NCBI GenBank assembly: GCA_943370125.1
Contig: CALRPR020000008.1
Coordinates: forward strand, 3,826-67,825
Direction: 5' to 3'
Length of the DNA: 64,000 nt
From: Bosea thiooxidans
GTDB lineage: Bacteria > Pseudomonadota > Alphaproteobacteria > Acetobacterales > Acetobacteraceae
The translations under genes and the position numbers were made by a program. Shown piece after piece: positions 35,150-44,846 of the stretch (positions within the stretch are counted from its first letter, which is position 1; the number at the start of each line of letters is the position of its first letter). The notes under the pieces are model-generated. The model was not told where the DNA came from, searched no databases, and saw only the letters and a list, made by a program, of their open reading frames with translations.

Positions 35150-35583
35150 GCCGCGAAGGCCCCGGCCTTTTGCTGCAGGCGCCCAGTGGCGGCGCCAAGC
35201 GCGTGAATGATCTTGTCGCAGGCGGAAGCTTCAAATGCATGCAGCGTAATGCGCGGCACGGCGCCGGCCGGACCATCCCAGCAATCCGGTTCCGGCAGGC
35301 GCGGCACGTCTTGGCGCGCCACCAAATCCACCACCAGGCGAAGCCGAGCAGGTGATGCGACAGGGAGTGCCGTAAAAATTCCAAGCCCGCGTATTTCCAG
35401 CATCCCGCGCAAGGCGGGCGGCGCGCTGAGTGTTTCGCCTTCAAGCATCACCTGATCATCTGCCACCAGTTGCCAGCCGCGCCCGATCAAGCGCAGCACC
35501 AGATCTGATTTGCCCGCGCCGGATGGGCCGCGAAACAGCACTGCCTCTGACCCCAAAGCTGCGGCACTTGCGTGGATGAGCAT
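35146..35583 (-). CDS. hprK: HPr kinase/phosphorylase, short alphaproteobacterial form
   Basis: IHASA, GPSGAGKSDL, LVADD, LEIRGLGI. Confidence 0.88.
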   Translation of the reverse strand: MLIHASAAALGSEAVLFRGPSGAGKSDLVLRLIGRGWQLVADDQVMLEGETLSAPPALRGMLEIRGLGIFTALPVASPARLRLVVDLVARQDVPRLPEPDCWDGPAGAVPRITLHAFEASACDKIIHALGAATGRLQQKAGAFAA

Positions 35584-35719
35584 TCTCCGCCAGCGCCATC
35601 GCGCCAGCCCCTTCCCGAGGAGGCGCAGGTTCCGCGCCTTTTACAGACATGATCATGCCAGAAAGGCCAAGGCGCGGGAAGCGCTTGCCGAGGCGGGGCG
35701 CGCAGGGCAGGCTCGGCGC

Positions 35720-36646
35720 ATGATTGCACAGACCGACATCAGCGCCGCCATGGCGCGCATTGCCCCCCATATCCGGCGCACCCCAGTGCTGCGCCTGGCT
35801 CCCCATGAATTGGGGACGGAACACCCGGTCACGCTGAAGCTGGAATTCCTGCAAGTGACGGGGTCCTTCAAACCACGCGGGGCCTTTAATCGGCTCCTTT
35901 CGAATGCGGTGCCGGCAGCAGGCGTGGTTGCGGCATCCGGCGGCAATCACGGCGCGGCGGTGGCCTTTGCTGCGCAAAGCCTTGGTGTGCCGGCGGAAAT
36001 CTTCGTCCCCGCGCCCACGCCGGCCGTGAAGCGCACGCGGATTGAGGGCTTCGGCGCGCGCCTTGTGGTGGGGGGGGCGAGTTACGAGGAAGCGCGCATC
36101 GCCTCCGAAACCCGCGCGGCAGAAACGGGGGCCATGCTGGTCCATGCCTATGACCAGCATGAGGTTTTGGCCGGCCAGGGCACGATTGGGCTGGAATTGG
36201 AACAGGATGCGCCGGAGTTGACGCATGTGCTGATCGCAGCCGGCGGTGGCGGCCTGTTTGGCGGCATTGGCGCCTGGTATGCGGGGCGAGCTGGCCTTGT
36301 GGTGGTGGAACCGGAAGCCTGCGCGACGCTGACCATGGCGCAAAAATCAGGCGCGCCGGTGGATGTGCCGGTGGGCGGCATCGCTGCCGATAGCCTGGGC
36401 GCACGCCGCGCCGGACGCCTGGCCTTTGAGGTGCTGGGCGCAACCAACGCCACCTGCGTCACCTTGCCGGATGAGACAATCATCGCCGCGCGGCGTTGGT
36501 TATGGGAGAAGCTGCGCATCGTCGCCGAACCGGGCGGCGCTGCGGCGCTGGCCGCACTGCTATCCGGTGCCTGGCGCGCGCCCGCCGGCGCGCGGATTGG
36601 CATTGTGCTCTGCGGGGCGAATTGCGATCCGGGGAGTGTCGCGTAA
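35720..36646 (+). CDS. PLP-dependent serine/threonine dehydratase-family protein
   Basis: IRRTP, KLEFLQVTGSFKPRGAFN, ASGGNHG, GQGTIGLE, AGGGGL, EPGGAAALAAL; ATG 35720. Confidence 0.9.
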   Translation: MIAQTDISAAMARIAPHIRRTPVLRLAPHELGTEHPVTLKLEFLQVTGSFKPRGAFNRLLSNAVPAAGVVAASGGNHGAAVAFAAQSLGVPAEIFVPAPTPAVKRTRIEGFGARLVVGGASYEEARIASETRAAETGAMLVHAYDQHEVLAGQGTIGLELEQDAPELTHVLIAAGGGGLFGGIGAWYAGRAGLVVVEPEACATLTMAQKSGAPVDVPVGGIAADSLGARRAGRLAFEVLGATNATCVTLPDETIIAARRWLWEKLRIVAEPGGAAALAALLSGAWRAPAGARIGIVLCGANCDPGSVA

Positions 36647-36649
36647 GCG

Positions 36650-38425
36650 CTATCCTCGTGGGATCATGCCTTCTTCCCGCGCCTTGATCTGAAGTGCCAG
36701 GTATTTTGAGTAGATGCGGCATTGCGCCAGGCTGCCGGCCATGAACCACAGCCCTTCTTGTGCGGTGGGCTTCCACATATTGGCCAATTCGCCATCCTCA
36801 CCCACGCCCCAAATCGGCCCGACCTTATCGGCAATGGTATCGCCCATCAGCCGGCGCACCAATTCCTGCTGCGTATAATAGCCGGTCGCGAGCACCAATA
36901 GATCGGCGGGGATGATGCGCCCATCCTTCAGCTTGGCACCTTCAGCGACGAATTCAGCGATATCGTCAAATTGCAGCAGCCCGATATCGCCATTGATGAT
37001 CAGGCCCGAACAGCCTGCATCCAGGTAATAGCCGCCACCACGCCTGCGGTATTTCATTTGATGGCCGGTGCCATCCTCGCCCAGATCATATTTGAAGCCG
37101 CGCCCCTTCAGCCCCGCAATCAAATCCTTGTCCATTTCCGCCATGCGCTGAACGGCCATTTGATAGCCATGGATGATCAGCGGATAGGTGCCGGAAGTCG
37201 CGATCAGATCACAATCTTCCGAAGACGGACCTTCATCATAAAGAGCGTAATTCATTTTCGCACTTGGATCGATGCTGACAACGGTGGTGGAACCGCGTTG
37301 GATGATGGTGGTGGCAACATCATGGCTGTGCAGATCTTGCGCCACATCATGCCCGCTATTGCCAGTGCCCAGCACCAGCGCCTTCTTGCCGCGCCAGGCC
37401 GCGCCGCTGGAGAAGCTGTGGGAATGAATCACATCGCCGGCGAAGGCTTCAAGCCCCGGCAGCTTCGGCACTTTGGGAACACCGCTGACACCATTGGCAA
37501 AAATGACATGGCGCGGTGCCATTTCACGCAGCGTCCCATCTGCGCGGCGCAGCCGTACGCGCCAATGCCCGGCCTTGGCACCATAATCCCCGCCCAGGAA
37601 TTCCGTGCTGGTCCAGACATTGATTTCCAGCGCCCAGGCGTAATGTTCAAACCAATTGGCCAGCATGTCTTTGGGGATGTATTTCGGCCAGGTCGGTGGG
37701 AATGGCATATAGGGCAGGTGGTTCACATGCACCTGGTTATGCAGTGCCAGGGAATGATAGCGCTTGCGCCAATTATCGCCGATGCGACCGTGCTTTTCGA
37801 CAACCAGCGTATCCAGCCCAAGCTGGCCAAGCCGCGCGGCAATGCCAAGCCCCGCCTGGCCCGCGCCAATTACCAGCACAACGGGGTCACGCCCTGCGAA
37901 GGCTTCTGCCTTTTCGCGTTGATCGAGCCAATTATCGCCGCCGAAATTGCGCGAATAGGCTTCACCGCTGGGCCGGCGCTTACCGGTTTTTTCTTCAAAA
38001 CCCGTGAGTTCTTCAAGCGTCGTCAGCAGCACCCAGGCTTGGCTTGGGTTTTCTGCTGGCAGGCGCAGTACGCCATCACCGCGACCAAGCCTTGTGGCGA
38101 AGGTGAACAGCGCTTCGATCACCTCAATGCCCAGACGCTTGACGCGCCGTGGTGGCGTGCGTCCTTCAGCCAAGGCAAAGCCATGCGCGCCAATGCTGGG
38201 CGCCACTTCCGCCAGCGCTGTCGCGATATCAGCCGCGCCAGCATGGGGCGTGATATTCCAGGTGAAGGCGAGCAAATCACGCCAATGGCTCTCGGGCGCA
38301 AAAAGCGCGGCGAGGCGCCCCGTATCAGCCGCCTTAAGTGCGGCTTCAAAACGCTGCAGCCAACCGGTTACCAAAGCCGCATCATCCGCGACCGCGCTCA
38401 GCGCGCTATTGCTCACATGGTTCAT
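36650..38425 (-). CDS. Flavin-containing monooxygenase with N-terminal extension (type II FMO)
   Basis: GAGQAG, WRKRYHSLALH, FMO fingerprint FAGDVIHSHSF, GTGNSGHD, LATGY; about 180-aa N-terminal domain with WRDLLAFTW. Confidence 0.88.
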   Translation of the reverse strand: MNHVSNSALSAVADDAALVTGWLQRFEAALKAADTGRLAALFAPESHWRDLLAFTWNITPHAGAADIATALAEVAPSIGAHGFALAEGRTPPRRVKRLGIEVIEALFTFATRLGRGDGVLRLPAENPSQAWVLLTTLEELTGFEEKTGKRRPSGEAYSRNFGGDNWLDQREKAEAFAGRDPVVLVIGAGQAGLGIAARLGQLGLDTLVVEKHGRIGDNWRKRYHSLALHNQVHVNHLPYMPFPPTWPKYIPKDMLANWFEHYAWALEINVWTSTEFLGGDYGAKAGHWRVRLRRADGTLREMAPRHVIFANGVSGVPKVPKLPGLEAFAGDVIHSHSFSSGAAWRGKKALVLGTGNSGHDVAQDLHSHDVATTIIQRGSTTVVSIDPSAKMNYALYDEGPSSEDCDLIATSGTYPLIIHGYQMAVQRMAEMDKDLIAGLKGRGFKYDLGEDGTGHQMKYRRRGGGYYLDAGCSGLIINGDIGLLQFDDIAEFVAEGAKLKDGRIIPADLLVLATGYYTQQELVRRLMGDTIADKVGPIWGVGEDGELANMWKPTAQEGLWFMAGSLAQCRIYSKYLALQIKAREEGMIPRG

Positions 38426-38495
38426 GGTGTTTCTCGCCCTGGAATTTACTTACGGGCAGCCTAACCTATCGCGCGCGATTGAAAAGCCCGCGCCT

Positions 38496-38924
38496 TTATG
38501 CCGCGTCAAAGCGCGTCAGCAGCGCGCGCAGGCGATCCGGCACGGGGATGGGCCGCTTGCTTTTTTGATCGGTCCAGACCCAAACAATCTCACCGGTTGC
38601 GAGCAACCTGTCGCCATCTGCTTGGAAAATCGCCGGCTGGAAGGCGATGGAAGAAGTGCCAATCCGCGTGGTGCGCACGCCAATCGCCAATTCCTCATCA
38701 TGGCCGATGCCGACCTTATATTCGACAAGGGCGCGCACAACGTGAAAATCCGCGCCACTTGCCTTGATTTCAGCGCGATTATCCCAGCCGGCAGCGCGGA
38801 TATAGGCGGATAGCGCCATATCATACCAGGTCAGGTAATGCGCGTTGAAGACAATGCCCTGAGCATCCACTTCATTGTAGCGAACGCTCAGGGGGTAGAA
38901 GTAGCGAAAGCTGCTTCGTTCCAT
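38496..38924 (-). CDS. Acyl-CoA thioesterase (YbgC/4-HBA-CoA type)
   Basis: VRYNEVDAQGIVFNAHYL, RIGTSS. Confidence 0.88.
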   Translation of the reverse strand: MERSSFRYFYPLSVRYNEVDAQGIVFNAHYLTWYDMALSAYIRAAGWDNRAEIKASGADFHVVRALVEYKVGIGHDEELAIGVRTTRIGTSSIAFQPAIFQADGDRLLATGEIVWVWTDQKSKRPIPVPDRLRALLTRFDAA

Positions 38925-38926
38925 GC

Positions 38927-39688
38927 TCAGGCAGACTTGATGTCTTTCACAATGGCCTTGGCGGCATTGACCATGATGGCGACTTCATTAGCGATGGTCA
39001 CCAGCTTATAGCCCATTTTGATCATGCGCTTGGCATAGGCGGGCGACCCGCAATGCAGCCCGGCCGAAATGCCGCGCTTGCCACATTCCGCGATCAGCTT
39101 TTCATAAATGCCCAGAATGAAGGGGTCTTCCACATCCAGCTTCGGTTCCAACCCGTAGGAGAAGGAAAGATCCGAAGGCCCAACATAAATGCCATCAATG
39201 CCCGGCACATCCAGGATGGCGCCGATATTCTCAATCGCCTGCTTGGTTTCGATCATGGGAATGACAAGAATTTCGTCATTCGCGGTCTTTTGATAGGAAC
39301 CGCCTTCGCCATAAAGCCCTGCGCGGATTGGGCCATTGGAACGCGTGCCATGCGGCGGGTATTTGCAATATTGCACCAGCGCGCGGGCTTCTTCGGGCGT
39401 ATTCACCATGGGGCAAATCACCCCATAGGCGCCGGCATCCAGCACCTTGCCGATGATGCCAGGTTCATTCCAGGGTACGCGCACCATGGGGGTCACGGGA
39501 TGCGGGTGCATGCCCTGGAAGCAGGCCACGCAGGAAAGGTAATCCTGCACGCCATGCTGCATATCCACGGTTATGCTGTCCCAGCCTGATTGGGCGAACA
39601 TTTCCGCCGAAAAGGCATTGGGGATGGCAAGCCACCCATTGGCTACGGCCTGGCCGGCCTTCCACATCTGTTTGACCTTATTCGGCAT
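38927..39688 (-). CDS. HpcH/HpaI aldolase-family protein
   Basis: ITVDMQHG, MVRVPWNE, LDAGAYGVICPMV, YPPHGTRS, MIETK, YVGPSDL; AGGAGG upstream of ATG 39688. Confidence 0.9.
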   Translation of the reverse strand: MPNKVKQMWKAGQAVANGWLAIPNAFSAEMFAQSGWDSITVDMQHGVQDYLSCVACFQGMHPHPVTPMVRVPWNEPGIIGKVLDAGAYGVICPMVNTPEEARALVQYCKYPPHGTRSNGPIRAGLYGEGGSYQKTANDEILVIPMIETKQAIENIGAILDVPGIDGIYVGPSDLSFSYGLEPKLDVEDPFILGIYEKLIAECGKRGISAGLHCGSPAYAKRMIKMGYKLVTIANEVAIMVNAAKAIVKDIKSA

Positions 39689-39839
39689 TGCCCTGTTTCC
39701 TCCTTGGGGACGCTGATGGGCGAAGGCTAGGCCAGAAAGGACTGGGCCGGAAGATGCCCCCGCTGGACGCGCTGGCCTGCAAGCGGCAAAAAGGGTGTAA
39801 CCCGCCGCCAGCCTTTCGCCGCCGGCATGAGGAAACACC

Positions 39840-41231
39840 ATGAATGCCAGCGCCCCCGCCATAGCTCAGGTCATTGCCAGCATCCGCGGCTTTCTGGGTG
39901 AAAGGCTGAGTACCGCCCAGGCCATGCGCGAACAGCATAGCCGGGGTGAGGACACCACGCCGCCGACGCTGCCCGATGCGGTGGCCTTTGTGCAGACCAC
40001 GGATGAAGTCAGCCGTATCATGGTGCTGTGCCATCAGCATGGCGTGCCGGTGGTGCCCTTTGGTGCCGGCACATCGCTTGAAGGGCATGTCAATCCGGTG
40101 CGCGGCGGCATATCGCTCGATCTCTCGCAAATGACGGCGGTGTTGGAATTAAACACTGAGGATATGGATTGCCTGATTGAACCCGGTGTCACCCGCCAGG
40201 CCCTGAATGATTTTCTGCGCGCCGAGGGGCTGTTCTTCCCGGTTGATCCCGGCAGCCATTGCACCATTGGCGGCATGTGCGCCACGCGCGCTTCCGGCAC
40301 CAATGCGGTGCGCTATGGCACCATTCGAGAAAATGTTTTGGGGCTTGAAGTGGTGCTGGCGGATGGGCGCGTCATTCAAACCGGCGGGCGCACGCGCAAG
40401 GCCGCGAATGGCTATGACCTGACGCGGCTTTTCATTGGGTCTGAAGGCACGCTTGGCGTTATCACCAAAATCCGCCTGCGCCTGCATGGCATCCCTGAGG
40501 GCATCAGCGCCGCGGTCTGCCAATTCCCAACGCTCGCCGCCGCGGTTGAGACGGTCAGCACCGTGATGCAAAGCGGCATTCCCGTGGCGCGCATTGAATT
40601 GCTGGATGAGGATCAGATGGAAGCCTGCATCCGCTATTCCAAGCTGGAAGGTTTCGCCGCGACCACCACGCTTTTTTTGGAATTCCACGGCTCGCCCGCC
40701 AGCGTGGTGGAGCAGGCGGAAACAGTAGAAGCCGTCGCGCGGGATTTTGGCGCCACCAGTTTTGAGGCAGCAACGGATCCTGAGGCGCGTAATCGGCTAT
40801 GGAAGGCACGGCATGACGCCTATTGGGCCGCGATCGCGCTGAAGCCAGGCCATCGCGGCATTACCACGGATGTCTGCGTGCCCATCTCTCGGCTGACAGA
40901 AGCGGTGGTGAAGGCGAAGGAAACCGCCGAAGCATCGGGACTGACAAGCTGCATCGTCGGCCATGTCGGCGATGGCAATTTCCATTGCCTGATCCTGTTT
41001 CCGGATAATGATCAGGCCGCGCTGGAAAAGGCCTGGGCTTTGGACCGGGAGATCGTCGCACAAGGCTTGGCGTTTGGTGGCACTTGTTCTGGAGAACACG
41101 GCATTGGCCTCGGCAAGCGCGAATTTCTGGAACAGGAACATGGGGATGGGGCGCTTTCGGTCATGCGCGCGCTGAAGGCAACGCTTGATCCCAAAGGCAT
41201 CATGAACCCAGGCAAGATGTTCCGGAATTGA
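39840..41231 (+). CDS. FAD-linked oxidase (D-lactate/glycolate dehydrogenase-like)
   Basis: PFGAGTSLEG, FPVDPG, TIGGMCATRASGTNAVRYG, IGSEGTLG, GHVGDGNFH, GEHGIG, NPGK. Confidence 0.92.
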   Translation: MNASAPAIAQVIASIRGFLGERLSTAQAMREQHSRGEDTTPPTLPDAVAFVQTTDEVSRIMVLCHQHGVPVVPFGAGTSLEGHVNPVRGGISLDLSQMTAVLELNTEDMDCLIEPGVTRQALNDFLRAEGLFFPVDPGSHCTIGGMCATRASGTNAVRYGTIRENVLGLEVVLADGRVIQTGGRTRKAANGYDLTRLFIGSEGTLGVITKIRLRLHGIPEGISAAVCQFPTLAAAVETVSTVMQSGIPVARIELLDEDQMEACIRYSKLEGFAATTTLFLEFHGSPASVVEQAETVEAVARDFGATSFEAATDPEARNRLWKARHDAYWAAIALKPGHRGITTDVCVPISRLTEAVVKAKETAEASGLTSCIVGHVGDGNFHCLILFPDNDQAALEKAWALDREIVAQGLAFGGTCSGEHGIGLGKREFLEQEHGDGALSVMRALKATLDPKGIMNPGKMFRN

Positions 41232-41247
41232 TGATCGCCCCTACCCC

Positions 41248-42432
41248 ATGAACCTGATATCCCTTTCCATCCTCGCCTTGACGATGGGGCATGTGTTTTC
41301 GAATGCGGTGCGCACCCTGCCCGCGATTGCCGCCGATGTGCTGCAACGTGATCTGGGCGTCACCGCCGATGGGCTTGCCGCTTTGACTGGTGCCTTTCCC
41401 GCAACCTTTGCGCTTGCCATGCTGCCCGTTGGTGTCGCGCTGGACCGCTGGGGCGTGAAACCCACCGCGCTTTGTCTGCTGACCATTGCCGCGATTGGGG
41501 CGGTTCTGGGTGCTTATGCGGATAACGCCTGGTCCATGCTGCTGGCGCAAATGATCCTGGGCATTGGCTGTTCCGGGATGCTGATGTGCCCGATTACTTA
41601 TGCCGCCAAGAACATGCCGGCGCAGCGCTTCGGGCTTTGGGGCGGGATTATTCAGGCCGTTGGCAATACGGGCATGGTGATTTCCGCAAGCCCGCTGGCC
41701 TTTCTGGTGGAGTATAGCGGCTGGCGCGCGGGCTTCATTGCCTGTGCGGGGCTGGCGATTTTCGCGGCGCTTTCGGTTGCTTTCGTGGTGCGCGAAACGC
41801 CGCCCGATGCCGCAACGCGGCGCAGCCTGAAAGAAGATGCACGCGATGTGATCCGGCTTGGCTTTTCGCGCGAATTGCGCGCGCCGATTGTCATGGCCTG
41901 GACTTCCTTCGCCATTGTCCTTGGTGTGCGCGGCTTATGGGGCGGCCCCTGGCTGATGGAAGAAAGGGGCCTTTCGCGCGTGGAAGCGGGGCATGTGCTG
42001 CTGGTGTGCACCATTGCGCTGATCATCGGGCCTTTGCTCGCCGGCATTCTGGAACGGCGCTATCAAAAACATCGCGGCGGCATTCTGGCCGGCGGGCATA
42101 TCGGCGCGGTGGCGGCCATTGCCCTCATGGTGCTTGGCGGCGCGCTTTCCTGGCCGGTGGCGGCGGATGCGGTGCTGCTGGCGCTTTTTGGGCTGTTGAT
42201 CTCAACCCAGGTGATCTGCTTCGCCCTGGTGCGCGCAGCCACCCCGCCGGAGCGTGTGGGACGCGCGCTTTCGGCCATGAATGTCGCCTTTTTTGGCGGT
42301 GCCGCGATCATGCAGGCCGCTTCGGGTGTGGCGGCCAGCATTGGTGGCATTGGGGCGGCGCTGATGACCTTTGTTGTTGCGGTGCTGATCTGCTGCATAA
42401 TCTTCATCATGCTGCGTGCGCGGGAGACTTGA
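41248..42432 (+). CDS. MFS transporter
   Basis: VALDRWGVK motif A-like loop; about 12 hydrophobic segments. Confidence 0.87.
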   Translation: MNLISLSILALTMGHVFSNAVRTLPAIAADVLQRDLGVTADGLAALTGAFPATFALAMLPVGVALDRWGVKPTALCLLTIAAIGAVLGAYADNAWSMLLAQMILGIGCSGMLMCPITYAAKNMPAQRFGLWGGIIQAVGNTGMVISASPLAFLVEYSGWRAGFIACAGLAIFAALSVAFVVRETPPDAATRRSLKEDARDVIRLGFSRELRAPIVMAWTSFAIVLGVRGLWGGPWLMEERGLSRVEAGHVLLVCTIALIIGPLLAGILERRYQKHRGGILAGGHIGAVAAIALMVLGGALSWPVAADAVLLALFGLLISTQVICFALVRAATPPERVGRALSAMNVAFFGGAAIMQAASGVAASIGGIGAALMTFVVAVLICCIIFIMLRARET

Positions 42433-42512
42433 TGCGCAAGGATTTCCGTCGCAGATGAACCCTTGAAAAGGCAGGGGCAAATCCGCCCGCCGGGATGAAT
42501 GGGTGCAGAGCC

Positions 42513-44840
42513 ATGGATGGCATGAATGACACGGTGGGCCGCTTCGGGAGCGGCCAGGCGGTGCGGCGGCTGGAAGATGGGCCGCTTTTGGCGGGCGCTG
42601 GCCGCTTCACCAATGACGAAGCCCTGCTGGGCCAGGCGCATCTGGTGTTTTTACGCTCCCCCCATGCCCATGCGCGCATAGCCTCGATTGATACGGGGGC
42701 CGCGCTTGCCATGCCGGGTGTCGTGGCGATCCTGACTGGGGAAGATGTGGCGGCGGCGGGGTTGAAATCCCTTGGCGTCGCTTTGCCCTTCAAGCGCCCG
42801 GATGGGTCAGACCTGGCAGCGCCGCCGCGCCCGATCCTGGCGCAGGGGCTGGTGCGTTTTGTGGGCGAACCCGTCGCCGCCATCATCGCCGAAAGTGCCG
42901 CCGCGGCGCGTGACGCAGCCGAAGCCATCATGGTGGATTACGAAGAATTGCCCGCCGTGACTGGGCTGCGCGACGCTATCGCCCCCGGCGCGCCGCAGCT
43001 TTGGCCCGCTGCCGGTAACAATATCGTCGCCGAAACCCGCTATGGCGATCAGGCGGCGGTGGAAGCAGCCTTCGCGAAGGCCGCGCATGTTGTGGCGCTT
43101 GATCTGGTGAACCAGCGCCTTGCCCCGGTTTCCATGGAACCGCGCGTGGTGCTGGCAGAATATGATGGTGCGAGTGATCGCTTCACCATCCGCATGAGCA
43201 CGCAAATGCCATCAGGCTTTCGTGATCAGCTTTGCAAGGAAGTGCTGGATATCCCGACCGATCGCGTGCGCGTGCTGGTGGGCGATGTTGGCGGCGGCTT
43301 TGGCATGAAAACCGGGCTTTATGCCGAAGATGCCGTGGTGGCCTTTGCCGCGCGGCGCCTGGGCCGCCCGGTGCGCTGGGCTGCGGAGCGGATGGAAGAT
43401 TTCCTCGCCGCGCTGCATGGCCGCGATACGGATAGCAAAGTGGAATTGGCGCTGGATGAAGCGGGCAAAGTGCTTGGGTTGCGCGTGCGGACGCTTGCCA
43501 ATATGGGCGGCTATACGCGCAATTCCGGCGTTGCCATTCAATTGCTGATCGGGCCTTGGGTTTCGACCAGCATTTACGACATCACGAATATTGATTTCCA
43601 ATTCACCGCTGTGCTGACCAATACCGCACCCACTGGCCCTTATCGCGGCGCCGGCCGGCCTGAGGCGATTTACATCATAGAACGTTTGATGGATGCGGCG
43701 GCGCGCAAGCTTGGGCTTGACCCTGCGGAACTCCGTCGGCGTAACATGATCCGGCCAGAGCAAATGCCCTACAAGAACGCCATGGGCCAAAGCTATGATA
43801 GCGGTAGTTTTGAAAAAATCATGGACCAGGCCTTGGTCGCCGCGGATTGGCAGGGCTTTGCGGCGCGCGCCGCGCAATCGGCCAAGGCAGGCAAGCTCCG
43901 CGGGCGCGGCATTGCAACCTTCCTGGAATGGACGGGCGGGAATGTGTTCGAAGAACGTGTGACTGTCGCGGTTAAGGCCAATCGCGAAATTGAAATCTAC
44001 GCCACCACGCAAGCCATGGGTCAGGGCATCGCCACAAGCTATGCGCAGCTTGCTGTGGATGTCTTTGGTGTGGAACTCGACAACATCAAAATCGTGATGG
44101 GCGATTCTGATCGTGGTAGCGGCTTTGGCAGCGCGGGGTCACGTTCGCTGTTCACCGCAGGATCAGCAGTGAAGGTCGCCGCCGACAAGACGGTGGACAA
44201 GGCGCGTGATCTTGCCGCCGATGCTTTGGAAGTGGCGCCGGTTGATCTGGAGTATCTGGCCGGTGCCTTCCAGGTGGCGGGCACGGATCGGCGCATCGGG
44301 CTTTTCGAATTGGCGGCGAAGCAGCCGGAAGGCCGTATTTTCATTGATTCCACCAGCTCTGTTTCCGGCCCTACCTGGCCCAATGGCTGCCATATCGCGG
44401 AAGTGGAAATTGATCTCGATACGGGCGAGGTTGCCATTCCGCTTTATGTTTCCAGCAATGATGCCGGGCGCGTGGTGAACCCCTTGATCGTTGAAGGCCA
44501 GGTGGTGGGCGGTGCGCTGCAAGGCATTGGCCAGGCATTATGTGAGGCGGTGATCTATGACCCCTCCACCGGCCAACCGCTGACCGCAAGCTTCATGGAT
44601 TACACCATGCCGCGCGCGGATATGCTGCCAACAGCGACCACCTTGCTTGATCAATCCATCCCCTGCCGCACTAATCCTTTGGGTGTGAAGGGTGTGGGTG
44701 AGCTTGGCACCATCGGCGCCACGCCGGCGCTGGTGAATGCCGTTTCGGATGCGCTGGCGCGGCATGGGCGCGGTGCAGTGGCTGATAGCGTGCAAATGCC
44801 ACTCACGCCGCCGCGCATCTGGGCGCTGCTGCAGGGCTGA
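42513..44840 (+). CDS. Xanthine dehydrogenase-family molybdopterin-binding large subunit (CoxL/CutL-like), second copy
   Basis: RRLEDGPLLAGAGRF, DVGGGFGMK, PYRGAGRPEAIY, MGQGIAT, WPNGCHIAEVEID, EGQVVGGALQGIG, GVKGVGELG; start 42513 or 42522. Confidence 0.92.
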   Translation: MDGMNDTVGRFGSGQAVRRLEDGPLLAGAGRFTNDEALLGQAHLVFLRSPHAHARIASIDTGAALAMPGVVAILTGEDVAAAGLKSLGVALPFKRPDGSDLAAPPRPILAQGLVRFVGEPVAAIIAESAAAARDAAEAIMVDYEELPAVTGLRDAIAPGAPQLWPAAGNNIVAETRYGDQAAVEAAFAKAAHVVALDLVNQRLAPVSMEPRVVLAEYDGASDRFTIRMSTQMPSGFRDQLCKEVLDIPTDRVRVLVGDVGGGFGMKTGLYAEDAVVAFAARRLGRPVRWAAERMEDFLAALHGRDTDSKVELALDEAGKVLGLRVRTLANMGGYTRNSGVAIQLLIGPWVSTSIYDITNIDFQFTAVLTNTAPTGPYRGAGRPEAIYIIERLMDAAARKLGLDPAELRRRNMIRPEQMPYKNAMGQSYDSGSFEKIMDQALVAADWQGFAARAAQSAKAGKLRGRGIATFLEWTGGNVFEERVTVAVKANREIEIYATTQAMGQGIATSYAQLAVDVFGVELDNIKIVMGDSDRGSGFGSAGSRSLFTAGSAVKVAADKTVDKARDLAADALEVAPVDLEYLAGAFQVAGTDRRIGLFELAAKQPEGRIFIDSTSSVSGPTWPNGCHIAEVEIDLDTGEVAIPLYVSSNDAGRVVNPLIVEGQVVGGALQGIGQALCEAVIYDPSTGQPLTASFMDYTMPRADMLPTATTLLDQSIPCRTNPLGVKGVGELGTIGATPALVNAVSDALARHGRGAVADSVQMPLTPPRIWALLQG

Positions 44841-44846
44841 AACGCG

